From Eledone cirrhosa (Eukaryota): 64,000 nucleotides of DNA. Positions 1 through 14,243 of the stretch are shown here, piece by piece; the first letter of the stretch is position 1; every line of letters begins with the position of its first letter. The notes under the pieces are model-generated. The model made no database searches, was not told the origin of the DNA, and saw only the letters and a program-made list of their open reading frames with translations. Where the stretch lies: positions 355,694,001-355,758,000 of the forward strand of contig OZ024743.1 in NCBI GenBank assembly GCA_964016885.1. The letters run 5' to 3'. A program made the translations under genes and the position numbers.

Positions 1-155
1 ACGCCATGCTTTCCAGCATAGTTACGTCCCTTTACGATCTGAGTTCAAATCCCGCCGAGGTTGACTTTGCCTTTCATCCTTACGGGGTCGATAAAATAAA
101 GTACCAGTAATGAACTGGGTAATTGCTGGCCTTGTGCCTAAAGTAGACACAAATA
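1..155 (+). mobile_element. tRNA-derived SINE (Meta-domain-like), 5' part outside the window
   Basis: B-box GAGTTCAAATCCC followed by GCCTTTCATCCTTACGGGGTCGATAAAATAAAGTACCAG; many related copies in the window. Confidence 0.8.
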
Positions 156-215
156 TTGAATTTAATCTTATATATATATGATTTCTTTAGTTCGTTTTCA
201 TCCCCCCTTCCCTCC

Positions 216-246
<31 letters not shown>

Positions 247-290
247 ATGATATTAAATAAATGGAAACTATATTTATAAAACCATATTTA

Positions 291-350
291 TTTTATTATA
301 CATATTTCAAGGGTACCAAGACAACATTGGTACGCTTTCATTAGATAAAA
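291..350 (-). ncRNA. Type I hammerhead motif, family A, with core mutation (CTAATGA)
   Basis: Minus strand: TTTTAT-CTAATGA-AAGCGTACCAA..TTGGTACCCTT-GAAA-TATGTA-TA-ATAAAA; flanks homologous to 9317-9767 and 63751-63920. Confidence 0.65.
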
Positions 351-436
351 AACAAAGTTAGCTGTTGAGTGCTCTAAATCAGTTATAAACATTTATAAGT
401 GTCGGACTTCCAACAAATTAAATACCCCCTTCTACT

Positions 437-567
<131 letters not shown>

Positions 568-570
568 ATA

Positions 571-2877
571 TATTTTAGACCAAGGCTACAGGACTCACGA
601 CACCCGGTGGCACAAACCGATTTTGAAAAACCGAAAATAATTAACATTTCAAATACAAACCTCTCAGCCCAACAAGTAAAAATTCTCTCCAAAGGTCTGA
701 AATTCACACCAACACCACAATACCCTAACCCCAACGAGATACATGACGATATCTCACACTTCTGTAGAAAATTACGTCTCACAGAGGAATTCTTTGACAA
801 GGAAAATAACGACGAATCAATTGTACGGAATAAAAGCAGCTACAACCCAACAAAAGGTAGAAACAGAGTTCTGGACAAATTCTGTGACCACATAGCTACC
901 TTCCCATACCATGAACTACCGCAACCTAAACCCAAACCCAACACGAGTCGAAGGGAATGGGAGATTATCCATGAACTAAAAAACAATACCGACATTATAA
1001 TTAAGGAAGCGGACAAGGGAAGTACTGTTGTCATTATGGAGGCTGAAAAATATAAAAATTCTATGTTCTCTCTCTTACAAAATACTAATTACTATGAAAG
1101 AGTAAAAAACTACCAGCAATCAAAAATAATGACCAAATTAAACACACTGATTTATCGATACCAGGAAGACCTAACTAAAAAGGAACGCGATTATTTAACA
1201 AATTTTGAATACAAAACCAGCAACCTTTACGGACTTCCGAAGATCCACAAGTGTAAAATAATCAACGATGCCTGTAAACAATCCACCTCAGCCTGCGTGA
1301 ACACACAATACCCCACAGACCTTAAATTAAGACCAATTGTAGCGGGCCCACAATGTGAAACACACAGATTGAGCAGCTTTATAGACATACTACTTAAGCC
1401 AATACTGAAACACATACCAAGCCTTGTAAGAGACGATCTGGACCTCTTAAACCACCTCCCCAAACATGTCAACAACGACACTATTATTGTGTCTTTCGAT
1501 GTAGTGAATCTCTACACAACGATCCCACACCAATACGGACTAGAAGCAATAGGATTCTGGCTAGAGAAATATCCCAATGAGATACCTGACAGAATAGAAA
1601 AAAGCTTCATCACCGAGGGATTAAAATTCATCCTACAGAACAACTTTTTTGATTTCGATGGCAATACTTACAAGCAAATATCGGGGACTGCGATGGGAAC
1701 AAAAGCCGCTCCAACTTATGCCAACTTAGTCATGGCATACTTAGAAGTCCAGATATATGAACAGTCCAAATCAAAATACGGATTGAACTTCCACAAATAT
1801 TTATCAGAGAATTGGAAACGCTACTTGGATGATTGCCTCATTCTTTGGTCCCACACACTCGACCAACTGAAGGATTTCAAAAACTTAATAAACGGCATCA
1901 ATAACCACATCCAATTCACAATGGAATACAGCCAAGATCAACTCCCATTTCTGGACATCTTAATCACAAAAAAAGACACAAATATCGAAACTGACATACA
2001 CTACAAACCAACAGATTCCAAACAATATCTGCTATTCACCTCCAACCATCCAAAGCACACGAAGACGAACATTCCTTTTAACCTAGCAAGAAGAATTTGC
2101 ACAATTGTCTCCAATTATGAAACGCGAAATAAAAGACTTCAAGAATTAAAGGAAATTCTACTTGAGAGAGAGTATCCACTATTACTAATAAATAATGGAA
2201 TAGAAAGGGCTAAAGCAATAGGCATTGATGAATTACGGAAACAGAAACAAATTCAAGGTACGTCCAATATTCTATCATATATCTCAACACACAACCCAAG
2301 AAATGCGGAAGCTTACAACACTATTCACAATAACATCCCACTACTAAAACAAAACCCAAGAATGAAAAAAGCCCTTGAAACACACAAAATAATCAAAAGC
2401 AAAAGACAACCAAAATCACTCAAAACATTACTCACCAATGCCAAATTACCTACCACAAACCCACAACCAAGTATCAAAAAATGTGGTCGCTCTAATTGTG
2501 GAACCTGCACTCACCTCATTGAAGGCAACACGTATACATTTAAATCAGGACAAAATTTTACTGTAAAAAATCACTTCACTTGCTCATCAAAAAATCTAAT
2601 TTATGCCATTAAATGTAAAGGATGCAATGAAGATTATATAGGACAAACTAAACTCACACTCAGAAACAGAATGACAGTTCATCGCCAACAATTACGAGAT
2701 CCAACCACGAGACAGATACCACTAAGTGCACATCTAGACATTTGCGCAAGTAATAAGACACCCAAATTCCAAGTCTTCCCATTTTACCTTTGCGCTAACA
2801 ATACAACAGAACAAATGCGAATAAATAAGGAAAATATGTTTATTCAAAAATATAGACCAACATTAAATAAGGTTTAA
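571..2877 (+). CDS. Penelope-like (Neptune-type) reverse transcriptase + GIY-YIG endonuclease, uninterrupted frame
   Basis: RT motifs [32 protein letters not shown]; Cys linker CGRSNCGTC; [26 protein letters not shown]. The YI-repeat N-terminus of the ORF call (454-570) is microsatellite. Confidence 0.95.
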   Translation, partial: YFRPRLQDSRHPVAQTDFEKPKIINISNTNLSAQQVKILSKGLKFTPTPQYPNPNEIHDDISHFCRKLRLTEEFFDKENNDESIVRNKSSYNPTKGRNRVLDKFCDHIATFPYHELPQPKPKPNTSRREWEIIHELKNNTDIIIKEADKGSTVVIMEAEKYKNSMFSLLQNTNYYERVKNYQQSKIMTKLNTLIYRYQEDLTKKERDYLTNFEYKTSNLYGLPKIHKCKIINDACKQSTSACVNTQYPTDLKLRPIVAGPQCETHRLSSFIDILLKPILKHIPSLVRDDLDLLNHLPKHVNNDTIIVSFDVVNLYTTIPHQYGLEAIGFWLEKYPNEIPDRIEKSFITEGLKFILQNNFFDFDGNTYKQISGTAMGTKAAPTYANLVMAYLEVQIYEQSKSKYGLNFHKYLSENWKRYLDDCLILWSHTLDQLKDFKNLINGINNHIQFTMEYSQDQLPFLDILITKKDTNIETDIHYKPTDSKQYLLFTSNHPKHTKTNIPFNLARRICTIVSNYETRNKRLQELKEILLEREYPLLLINNGIERAKAIGIDELRKQKQIQGTSNILSYISTHNPRNAEAYNTIHNNIPLLKQNPRMKKALETHKIIKSKRQPKSLKTLLTNAKLPTTNPQPSIKKCGRSNCGTCTHLIEGNTYTFKSGQNFTVKNHFTCSSKNLIYAIKCKGCNEDYIGQTKLTLRNRMTVHRQQLRDPTTRQIPLSAHLDICASNKTPKFQVFPFYLCANNTTEQMRINKENMFIQKYRPTLNKV

Positions 2878-3342
2878 TATACATTATGTCAACACCATAA
2901 TATGACATACACACACACACATAATCCCTTCTACTTTAGAAAATAAAAACCCGAACTAAATAAACCTTAACATACGTTTGCACTGACAATACAACAGCAA
3001 ACACGAATAAGAAAGGAAAATATGTTCATTCAAAAATATTCCTACTAAAGGAATCACTTTCCTACACACACACATACACACACACACAATATATATATAT
3101 ATATATATATTCTCTTCATCTTAACATGCTAACCACACTCCCACACACATAACACCCATACACACACATAACAACCCCCACACCCACAACTCCCTCCCCA
3201 TTTCTACTAATAGAACCACTTTCCTACACACATATATATACACACACACAAAATATATATACTCGCACACACACACACATAACACCCATATACACACACA
3301 CACAACTCCCTCCCCCATTTCTACTAATAGAATCATCTTCCA

Positions 3343-3406
<64 letters not shown>

Positions 3407-4234
3407 ACACACAAGCACACAAATAAACATACATATCTTCACTTCAATAGAAAATCTGAACTCTGACACCCCAGCGAACTAACCATATTCACTGAACCAG
3501 AACAATCCCTTTTCTCTTGACCACTATCTTTCCATTGTCATAACATTCGCTATAAAGACTACAGAATAGTTTTCCAAATAAGGGCGCAAAAATGTAATGA
3601 AAACTTGTTCACGTGACAGCCAAATTTCATTTATAACCAATCAAATCACGTTTATTAAAAAAAAGCCTTCGTGAACCACCTTTTTCTAAAGTAAAGAAAT
3701 TCAAACACACACACACACACACACACACGCACGCACACACACACACAAGCACACAAATAAACACACATATCTTTACTTTATTTATTCAATAGAAAATCTG
3801 AATTCTGACACCCCAGCGAACTAACCATATTCACTGAACCAGAACAATTCTCCCATCCCTTTGTCTTCTCTAAAAAGGCTAGAGAATGGATTTCCAAATA
3901 AGGGCACAAAAATTTAATGAAAATTTGTTCACGTGACAGCCATAATTTCATTTATAACCAACCAAAAGAAAGCCTTCGTGAGCCTCCTTTTTTCAAGTAA
4001 AAAGAAATTCAAACACTCATATATGAAAAAACAACCTGTGACAACCCCCCCCCCCTCTTATTTGAAGAACTATTGTAACGCGAACTGGCGCGAAATTTAT
4101 TATAATTATTGACAAACCAATCAAATTACTTCTCGAAAAACCTGGCATTTCGAGCCACTTTTTCCATATAAAACAAGTAACATTCAGAGACCAACCAGAT
4201 GTGAGAAAAACCACAGACCCTCCATCTCAACTCA

Positions 4235-4272
4235 CCTTTTGAAAAGCAGAAGAACTGCGAAACCGGTAAAGG
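4235..4272 (+). ncRNA. Minimal hammerhead, U3:A8 core variant, in the PLE 3' end
   Basis: CCTT-TTGAAAA-GCAG aagaa CTGC-GAAA-CCGG-TA-AAGG; palindromic stem III ACCGGT. Confidence 0.8.
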
Positions 4273-4403
4273 AACCAAATAAATATATATATTTTTTAAA
4301 AAAATAAGACTCCAGTTGCATTTTCGATTTCATCTCTTTTTCTTTATACTTTCACTCGTGTAGGACACCTCGGTTATTTTTCATTTTGTAAAAAAAACCT
4401 CAC

Positions 4404-4454
<51 letters not shown>

Positions 4455-4613
4455 ATATTGAAAAGGTAACACACTAGAGAGAGATACAGTGCGCCATCAA
4501 TAAAACAGGGAAAAACCACCAGTGTATGGAATCTATAACCTATGAAAGGCAGAATATAGACACGATAATTAAAAATATAAATTAAAGCGTAAATAAATAC
4601 CTCTATAACTATA

Positions 4614-4699
4614 TAACACACGTACAAATCCAAAGTGATCTGTTTCGCCAGTGAGTTGTTGACGGAAATGGAATAACCCAGGTTCATCAGCGTGTGTTA
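4614..4699 (-). ncRNA. Type I hammerhead, canonical core
   Basis: TAACACACG-CTGATGA-stem II-GAAA-CAGATC actttg GATTTG-TA-CGTGTGTTA; 9-bp stem I. Confidence 0.85.
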
Positions 4700-5049
4700 G
4701 GCTATACATTTCAGACAACACTAAGAGAATTTTTATATTGTTCTTGTATATTGTTCATTGTATATAACATCATTCGGAACTGATAGGAATAGGACACACT
4801 TTCGATACTGTACAACTTACAATATTCAGCAACACATCTACGACTTAATGGGTGCTCACTGCCTCAGAAGTGTCACAAATTTATATATTGGCGTCAATGG
4901 AATAAAGGCTTATCAAAAATATACCAATACTCATGGCAGATTACAGACGCTTGAAATTATGAATTTACAAGAAAATTTTCACCGAAATCACTTGCCCGTC
5001 AGAATATTCAAATATGTACTGGAATGCATGAACGACGACACCAAGAATA

Positions 5050-6200
5050 ACTAGATCATAATCAAAGCAGCAAATATTGAAGACATGAACGCAGCGATAA
5101 CACACCAATCAATATTAGAACTACATTCATAATGGTTGATGAACAGCTTGGACGACATAACATTGCTTTGTAAAATATTAAGCGGACATTTGGGGGGAAA
5201 TGTGTGAAATTCACAGAGCCTATTACTCATTCCAATATCCACCTCATCTTCTGGAATGGCCAAGGTGGTCGCCACTTCAATTACAGCAGATCGGCACAGG
5301 AACAGGGTATAAACCAGCTGATCAATCGGTTACAAAGGATCTTTCACCATACATTCCATGGTACAGAATCGGTTCAGTTAAGTGCTGAGATTCAAAGACA
5401 TGACCAGTCAATTCATTGTAGACAAGTATGGTAAAATAAACAAGTCCCGTCAAGTTTTACATTACAGGAGAACCCCATTATATGCATGAGCGAACTCATG
5501 ATGCAGTCGTCCACGTCAGAAAATTTGGACGGCAAGATCTCTTCGTTACGTTTGCCTATAACTCAAAATGAACAGAAATCTCCGTTGGAATTTTCCGACA
5601 TCAGAAACTGAATGAGAAATATGACATCATGGCTGAAGTGTTCTATGAGAAGAAAAAACTTGGCTTCTAAAAGCTAAAAGAATCTTCCCTATGTTGATGA
5701 CGGCTATTGAGTGACAGAAGAGAAGACTTTCTCAAGCCCGCGCTTTAATCGAATGCAACAAAATAAACCAGATGATGTTTAAGCGATCAGATCAAAAGCT
5801 GTTTGAAATTAAAAGGACGCAACTCATCTAGGGTCTTTGTAAGACATCAATCCAGTTTTGAACTCAACAACAATAATACATACCCCATTTATCAATGTCA
5901 TCAAGAGAGTCTTTCTATTTGACTGTTATCAACGCCACCCAATGGAAGCCAACAGAGCGACCTGCCTAGGTAATGATCTGATAATACATTTCACTGCGAC
6001 TAAAGCCCACCAGTTAGTACAATTACCACCCGAAACTACCCCAATTGATTTTTTTTTTTCAAATTCTGCCAACAGGACACATTTTCCTCGATTTCTCTTG
6101 TATGTAGAGGTTCCAACCTACTGTAACTGACTTAATCGAAATATATTGAATTGAAGGTGTCAGTCAGTGAAACATGATGACGCCAAGGCAAGTAACACAG
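5050..6200 (-). pseudogene. Highly decayed PLE-like RT/endonuclease remnant upstream of the 4614 hammerhead
   Basis: Only traces on the minus strand (LDDI codons near 5900; ..CEFHTFPPKCPLN resembling a GIY-YIG C-terminus); position relative to the HHR fits. Confidence 0.35.
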
Positions 6201-6659
6201 TTGGGATTGCTTACAATGTAAGTAGGGATCAGCACTAAAGGAAGAATATGGTCACAATGCTGTATTTGGAAATGGTGTCATTTGCGTTTTAACTTCACGA
6301 AAAAGATTACTTAAGTGAAATACATATACACACGACCCCTCCCACACACACACGCGCGCGCGCGCACGAGCGCGGGCACCCACTCACACATATATATGTG
6401 TGTGTGTGTGTCTTTGTGTATGTATGTCTGCGTTATGCCCATAACACAGAGGTTTCGGCAAAAAAGAGGTCTCAACCATAAGTACCAAACTTGAAAAAAA
6501 AAATACTGGAATCGATATGATCGACTAAATCAAAGTGGTGACCCAGATTGAACACAGTCTAATGACTGAAATCAATAAAAGAATTTTTTTTATGTTAAAC
6601 GAATATACTATGTTATGTTTATAAATCGAATTTTATGTTTTGCATTCCCTTTCTGAAAT

Positions 6660-6772
6660 GAAATGAAAATTATTGTGTACAGTGCTCAGGTGCACTACAA
6701 AATCATCAAATGTGCATGAATAGTACATAGAAAAGTGAACAGTGTACGAGTCATGATATATAAACTGATATA

Positions 6773-6809
<37 letters not shown>

Positions 6810-6990
6810 TGGGGTGGTTCTAAAAGGGATCCCTCAGCCAAGAACACTGTCTTTTGTTTGACTAACATTGCAGTGTTTCAGATTTCTGCACCAATCTTTT
6901 ACACTATCATATTCTTATCTTTGTTGAATAGACAAAATACACCATTACCTGAATTTTAAATGCTTTTATAAGCTAAGATCCTTGGCCCAC
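6660..6990 (-). mobile_element. R4/Dong-like LINE 3' fragment
   Basis: KTVFLAEGSLL-like C-terminus; tail TGTAGTGCACCTGAGCAC repeated at ~34365-34400. Confidence 0.45.
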
Positions 6991-7085
6991 AGTCAAATAG
7001 ATTATCAATGTAGCTATCTACCTAGTGATATACACTAGCTCTCTCTCTCTCTCTCTTTCTCTCTCGTTCTCTCTCTTTCTCTCTT

Positions 7086-7157
<72 letters not shown>

Positions 7158-7862
7158 CCTCTCTCTCTCTCACTCTCTTTCCCAACCCCTCTCTCTCATC
7201 ATACATGTGCGTGTGCGTGTGTGTGTTTAACCATTCGGCCAGATTGTGTTCTCTAGTTTATATCGAAGTGCTGAGATCACAGCATTTTAGTCAACTAGGA
7301 TGTTTTAAACACGCTGACGCGTATGTGTGTATATATATATATGGGCATATGTGTATGTGCATACGTGTGCATTTATATGCATGAAATATAAATATAAGGG
7401 CTCAAACACTTAAAAATATACACATTCACAGACATAAATTCACAGAAACACACACACACGAGCACACACACACACACACACACACATTTACACAAACGCG
7501 CACATACACTCACGCACAGCGTAGCAAATGGAATGCCAGCGCTGTTTCACCACAGTATTTCAACCATCCCCTTCCTTTTAAACACGCACACACACATTGT
7601 GTGACGGACGGACGGAAGTCGTTCAAATTTATACATAGATTCAGTATTCAGTTTAGGATTAACTTCAACTGCGGCTTGTATTCTGTTCTCTTTATCACCC
7701 AGAATAAAATTGCTAAGTAGCACCAAAGAAGAAATTATGACACAAACGTTATCTAGATGTAAATTCGCTTAAAATCAAACTGGTCGTTCTAAATTTCAAT
7801 CAGTTCTTTATGTAAACATTAACACATACACATATACACGTTCTGTTTCTCACTCACACACA

Positions 7863-8024
<162 letters not shown>

Positions 8025-8062
8025 TATTATAAAATCCAACGTCAATAAATACGCCAGGATTT

Positions 8063-8122
8063 TTTCATCTGATGATTGAAAGCAACATTTTTTTGCTTTT
8101 AAGAAACCACTGGTAAATGAAA
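8063..8122 (+). ncRNA. Hammerhead, family B (element ~8030-8151)
   Basis: TTTCAT-CTGATGA-TTGAAAGCAA..TTGCTTTTAA-GAAA-CCACTGG-TA-AATGAAA; copies at 51561 and 62124. Confidence 0.85.
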
Positions 8123-8147
8123 TAATTGCCTTATGTTGTTTATTACA

Positions 8148-8203
<56 letters not shown>

Positions 8204-8419
8204 ATGTCCCCCAAAAATGTATACAGCATTTTAAATACTGAATTGTTTAAATTACATTTAAAAAGTTACTTCTACCACCGGGAATAACCATGTCCTCCTC
8301 CATTCTTCCTGTATAATCTAGAAATAATTCTCAGCGCACCCAATATTTTATATATATTTTTATATCCACATATATTTATATACACTTATGCATCTTACGA
8401 CGTGCATGGGTATGTATAC

Positions 8420-8529
<110 letters not shown>

Positions 8530-9055
8530 CTATGCTCATATAGGTGTCCAGGTATGTATGTGAATTCATATAAATGTGTGTATATATGACTATGTATAGG
8601 TATCCTTTCCGAAATGCGTTTGGCAATACTCTTTCCCTATATTCTGAAATATAAGTATACGTTAACTATAAGCATAGCAAACCGACCTCATTTTAGTAAC
8701 AACCAAGTCTCACTAGCTATTTTTACTTATAAGGTTCCAAATAGTGACTTAGACTAAATATGTTATACATCCCATATTCGTTAGTGTAAGGATTTATATG
8801 GCCATGTGATCGTTAAAATATAAAATGATAAAATTATGTTGTAGTAAAATAATATAGTAGTATGTTATGTTATATTGTATTATATAATATTATGCCATAT
8901 GATATGTTATATAATGTTCTCTTATATTGCATTTTATTGTTATATTCAATTATATATATGCTATGTTATATTGTATAATATACATGTATGTGCGTATGTA
9001 TATGAGTATATGTTTATATTTATATATATATATATTTATATATTATATTTATATA

Positions 9056-9223
9056 CCGTATTTCCCGGCACCGAAGACGCTTCTCCTCGAGGAAGCACCC
9101 TAATTTTGACAACCAAAATTTTGAAAAAGAATAATAAACAACCTTCGGCCTCCATGACGCATGGTAGATTTCTGAGACTTATTTTAGGGAAAAAAGTAAC
9201 GTCTTCGACGCCGGGGAAATACA

Positions 9224-9224
<1 letters not shown>
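9056..9224. mobile_element. Tc1/mariner (pogo/Tigger-like) MITE
   Basis: TIRs CCGTATTTCCCGGC..GAAGACG / CGTCTTCGACGCCGGGGAAATACAG with TA flanks; inverted copy at 59448-59617. Confidence 0.8.
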
Positions 9225-9316
<92 letters not shown>

Positions 9317-9317
<1 letters not shown>

Positions 9318-9767
9318 GATATTAAACAAATGGAAACTATATTTATAAAACCATATTTATTTCGTTATATATATTTCTGGGATATCATATTAAAAATATG
9401 GTATGCCTTCCTCAGACAAAATACAATACATAAGCTGTTTTATAAATAATTTTGACATACCTTATAATAATGCAACTTCCATTTAAACTTTTTTAAATGG
9501 AAGTTTTTTAAATGGAAGTTGCATTATTATAAGGTATGTCAAAATTATTTATAAAACAGCTTATGTATTGTATTTTGTCTGAGGAAGACATACCATATTT
9601 TTAATATGATATCCCAGAAATATATATAACGAAATAAATATGGTTTTATAAATATAGTTTCCATTTGTTTAATATCGTAAACCTACTCCAAAAACTGTTG
9701 AGTGCTTTTATATCAGTTATAAAATATTTACTCGTTGTAACCCAACAATTTTAAATAAAACTTTTGC
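9317..9767 (+). mobile_element. Fold-back hammerhead element, family A (HHRs at 9360-9421 minus and 9573-9634 plus)
   Basis: ~170-bp inverted arms plus ~90-bp tail; TTTTGT-CTGAGGA-..-GAAA-TATATA-TA-ACGAAA; (TA)n on both sides. Confidence 0.85.
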
Positions 9768-9910
<143 letters not shown>

Positions 9911-10277
9911 GTGTTTGTGTGTTTGTGTGTTTGTGTGTGTTGTGTAAGTGTGTGTGTGTTCATGCATGTGTATGCTCTTCTGAGCAATACTACACTTGCG
10001 GTTTTTCATAATAAAAATTATTATAAATATGTTTCATCTGTAAACCCTTTTCTAAACCAACTCCACTAACTGTAACTTGATCATTAATTCACTGGATAAT
10101 ATAAGTATAATTTGGCACAGTGTAACTCAGAGCAAATATTTAACTGGCGACATTATATATACTAGCAGAAAAACCGCCAACGAGTAGTTTTCTGCTAGCA
10201 TATATAGTGTGCATATTGGTATTCTACTCAAATATATATGCATATAGATATATGTAAATTGAAAAGTAAATTGACAA

Positions 10278-10917
10278 TATCTTCTTCTTCACCCACTTTT
10301 TCTGAAAGGGTCGTGGGGGAAGAGTCCTTCTCAAACACTCCTTCCAGCGAGTCTGTCAGTAGTAAACATCTCTTACTGATCCAGCTGGATCCCAAGCGTG
10401 ACCTGCCAAGCTCATGGATGTTATCCAACTATCTTGCTCAGGGTCTACCTCTGGGTCTTTTGTCGGTTGGTTTTGCCTGTAAAAATTGTCCAGCAATTCT
10501 TTACTGAGACATTCTAACCACATGCTCATAATATCGGAGTTGTGATCACTCAATTCGGAGAATTAGCGGCTCTACCATGAGTGATTCTCTGCTCTCTGAG
10601 CTATGCACCTTATCGAGTAACGTTACTCCAAAGACTCTTCGGAGGAATCCCATTTCTACCACTTTTATTTGCAATTGTATTCTTTTGGTCATTACTCAAG
10701 ATTCACGATCCTCGGTAAGAGTTGGCAGGAATATCAGGAAGACAGCAAGTTTAGCTTTTACACCTACCCCTTTCTTCTGATTGATGAATGCTGAGGCTGG
10801 CGCATTACTGCATCAGCTTTTGCAATTCTTGCACTTAATTCAGCTTCCTACATTCCATCACTCATGAACATGGTTCCAAGTTATTTGAATTTCTCTAACT
10901 GCTTCAGTGGAACCCCA
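10278..10917 (-). mobile_element. RTE-clade LINE 3' fragment, decayed
   Basis: LKQLEKFK*LG and KRPRGRP motifs; (GAA)n tail. Confidence 0.75.
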
Positions 10918-11094
10918 TTCACATGTATATAAATTTGAGGGATTCTGTCCACCCGTCCATCACGCAATGTGTATGTGTGTTTGTGTGTAAAAGGAATGGA
11001 AAGGATACACACATATATATGTCTAACTTAAAAACAGTGACACACACATGTGTCCCTATATTAAGAACGCCGAAAAAACTCACACACTGTCCTA

Positions 11095-11560
11095 TTACCA
11101 CTTAAGAGCTTTGGCTCGAGCAAACATCCCCTCAATTTTGGAACCATCTGGGTTATCCTGAATTGATGGGAAAAGACTTGACGGTCTTACTCTGTGCTCC
11201 TGGTCAAGAGGCAGGTGCCTTACCTGGGACATCACATTTAGTGACTCCTTTGCTTCTTCCCACATTCTGGATGCAGAAGTAAGGGCGAGAGTTACAGTAT
11301 CCGCAGCTGAACGGAACAAAATCCTAAAATACCGTGTTTTGTCAGTTAACTATATTATCCAGCCTGTGGCGTTCGAACGTTTGGGGGAGTCGGGCTACTG
11401 ACAGTGAGATTCTTATCTTCACTGGCGGCTCGCCAAACAGAGGTAACTGGTGATGCTCGTGAGGGCACTTGGTTGTTCCAGCACCTCAGCGTCGCCATAA
11501 TCCCAGGTAACGCTGCGAGCATGCTGGCCTGCCTCAAAAATTATTAGAGAGGTTTTCCAG
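11095..11560 (+). pseudogene. CRE-like LINE restriction-like endonuclease fragment
   Basis: LEPSGLS*IDGKRLDGLTLCSWSRGRCLTWDIT..AE..K..KY..QHLSVAIIPGNAA. Confidence 0.75.
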
Positions 11561-12128
11561 TGCTCCTCGCTATATTGCTATCTTTTGCATTTTGTTCTAT
11601 GTGGTCTAAGATGTGTGTATTACGTGCTTGTGTATTTTTCCTCTTTGAAAAGAAGTCAATTTTAAATTATTTATGTTTACAAAATTTAGTTTCGAAATTT
11701 AAGGACATAAATTATGTAATATTCATTCATTATTTATTCAAAGTACCAGTAATGCACTGGGTAATTGCTGGCCTTGTGCCTAAAGTAGAAACAATTATTT
11801 ATTCAAAGTAATTAAACTTATTTTACTAACTGGATTAAAAGAAATAAACCGTACGCAGTCGCGCAGCCCTTAATTTATTATAGTTTAGATATACCCATCA
11901 AATACATATTTCCTTGTGATTGATTGGACGATGTACACGTCTTCAGATGTGGATACAATAAGATCAGAAAATCGATTAAAGACATTTAGCATTTTTTGAA
12001 ATTCACAGAGAAATTCGAGTTTTTGGCATGTTTACATATGTGTATATTATATTTATACACGTTGAGGCAGTCTCGATTACACACTGTGCATTTATACAGA
12101 TATAACTTTATATTTATTTATATGCATG

Positions 12129-12178
<50 letters not shown>

Positions 12179-12360
12179 ATACAATAACAGAGATAGTTTA
12201 GAGCTAAACTCTGACTGGTAACCATCTCACTCAACAAACATTAGGTTATATTTTAATATAATCCCAATTTAAGTGTTTGGGGTGCTAACAATATGTATTA
12301 TGTGGAAAAGCCAGTTGTATTATTTTATGAGATATAATTAAAGTTAAAATATATCTCTCT

Positions 12361-12485
12361 TTCCAAACAATTGTTTCATTAGAAGTTTTCTACAAATTGG
12401 GAGAATATTTCCAGTTTATGTAGAAGCCTAATATACATTCATGTAAGAATATAATTAGGTGGGCGTTTATAAATCATCAGTGGAA
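12361..12485 (-). ncRNA. Hammerhead with ~95-nt branched stem II (in TA-flanked island ~12180-12990)
   Basis: TTCCA-CTGATGA-[two hairpins]-GAAA-CAATTG-TT-TGGAA. Confidence 0.75.
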
Positions 12486-12989
12486 GCCCATTAAACTTTG
12501 ATATAAGAAAAAAATTCTTACCGCAGTTAAAAATCGTGTCTGTTAAGTTTCTCCCTCTCGCATCGAATGTCCGCCAAATTTGAAATTCCAGCAGTTTTTG
12601 ACTGAGGAAGTATTATAGCGTCACCAAGCGGGAAGGGGAGACAACTACGATCCACGAAAGGAGGGAAAAAAATAATAATATACACGCGGGTTAATTAGTT
12701 TTTTCGAAAACATTATCAATCCAACGTGTTAAGAACTCAATTGAAAATAAAAAAATAAATATATGCGTGTATAAATTACACACGCACATAGATATTTTCT
12801 TAGGCTAAAATCAGAAGTTGTACCCTAATAAGAAACCGCATCTCAAAACCGTAGTAAATACGGAAAGTTATGCTTTAAAGGGCAAATGGGAATGTAAATC
12901 TCCGGCCGAATTAAGAGTAAAATATAAAACACACGCGGGTTAATTAGTTATTACAAAACCAATATCAATTCCTCGTGTAAAGAACTCAA

Positions 12990-13030
<41 letters not shown>

Positions 13031-13033
<3 letters not shown>

Positions 13034-13229
13034 AACTAGTAGGACCCCGACGGCTGAGCTCAAGCCGTTTCGACGGCTAATTCTGGACATTTAGTCCAGA
13101 ATTAGCCGTCGAAACGGCTTGAGCTCAGCCGTCGGGGTCCTACTCGTTCCTATTACCCACTCTACTACCCTAAGTATTGAATACTTTGGTGCATTATGGT
13201 CCATCTGGTTCCTTACCACATTTCCTTCG

Positions 13230-13231
<2 letters not shown>
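13031..13231 (+). mobile_element. Fold-back element, family C (3' half of a hammerhead)
   Basis: Palindromic head plus tail; GAAA-CGGCT tgagctc AGCCG-TC; six copies in the window. Confidence 0.8.
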
Positions 13232-13295
<64 letters not shown>

Positions 13296-13336
13296 ATGTA
13301 TATATATATATGTATACATACATATATATATATATA

Positions 13337-13510
13337 TCACAATAGATTAACGGAGCCATAGACTCTCGCTATTCCCTGTCAATAATCTGCTCAAAGGAGA
13401 ATGAATTCTGGGCTCTTTAAAATGCAATACGTTGAAAAGGTAACACACTAGAGAGAGATAGTGCGTACTATCTCTCTCTAGTGAGTTACCTTTTCAACAT
13501 ATTGTATTTT
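13337..13510 (-). mobile_element. Fold-back element related to the flank of the 4614 hammerhead
   Basis: Palindrome 13420-13510; arm matches 4451-4490 (TTGAAAAGGTAACACACTAGAGAGAGATA). Confidence 0.7.
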
Positions 13511-13735
13511 ATATGTACATGAAATATATATATGAAATAAATGCCGACTATAAAGACCCCACCCCGTCCTTGCTCCGCCATAGCTAATGATTGTTTCATA
13601 TATAAATGCTTTTCTATTCGTTTATGAATGTTGAATGTATGCTTTCCAATTGCTAACAATATGAGTACATATGTCCTCGCAACCACATATATGCATAGAT
13701 GCATACAGACACACACATATGTATATGTATATATG

Positions 13736-13787
<52 letters not shown>

Positions 13788-13968
13788 CATATACATATAT
13801 ATATGTGTGTGCGTGTATATATATATATATATATATACACACAGTATATGTCAAAGTGAAAAGTAGTCTTAGGACAATACCTGACCAGTGCGTGCCCCTA
13901 CCCAACCAACACCAGCATTTGAATTTATCTAGCAACAAATACATTATTTGAGGGACCTGCACAAACAG

Positions 13969-14068
<100 letters not shown>

Positions 14069-14168
14069 CGTGTGGAGGTGGCATATGAGTATGCTTGTAT
14101 GTACGATTATACATATATATGACATATGATATATGATACAATTCACACACACGCAGATATATAGATAT

Positions 14169-14243
<75 letters not shown>

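Larger units (their letters stand above)
571..4410 (+). mobile_element. Near full-length Neptune-type PLE flanked by (TA)n on both sides
   Basis: ORF, then ~1.5 kb 3' region with internal duplications (~3400-3710 vs ~3745-4016), terminal hammerhead and tail ending in (TA)n. Confidence 0.85.

Noticed and set aside
10160-10200. Hairpin CTAGCAGAAAA/TTTTCTGCTAG
   Set aside because: Too short to classify; no ribozyme core or second copy seen
12600-12665. CTGAGGA..CGAAA possible hammerhead
   Set aside because: No supporting stems I and III
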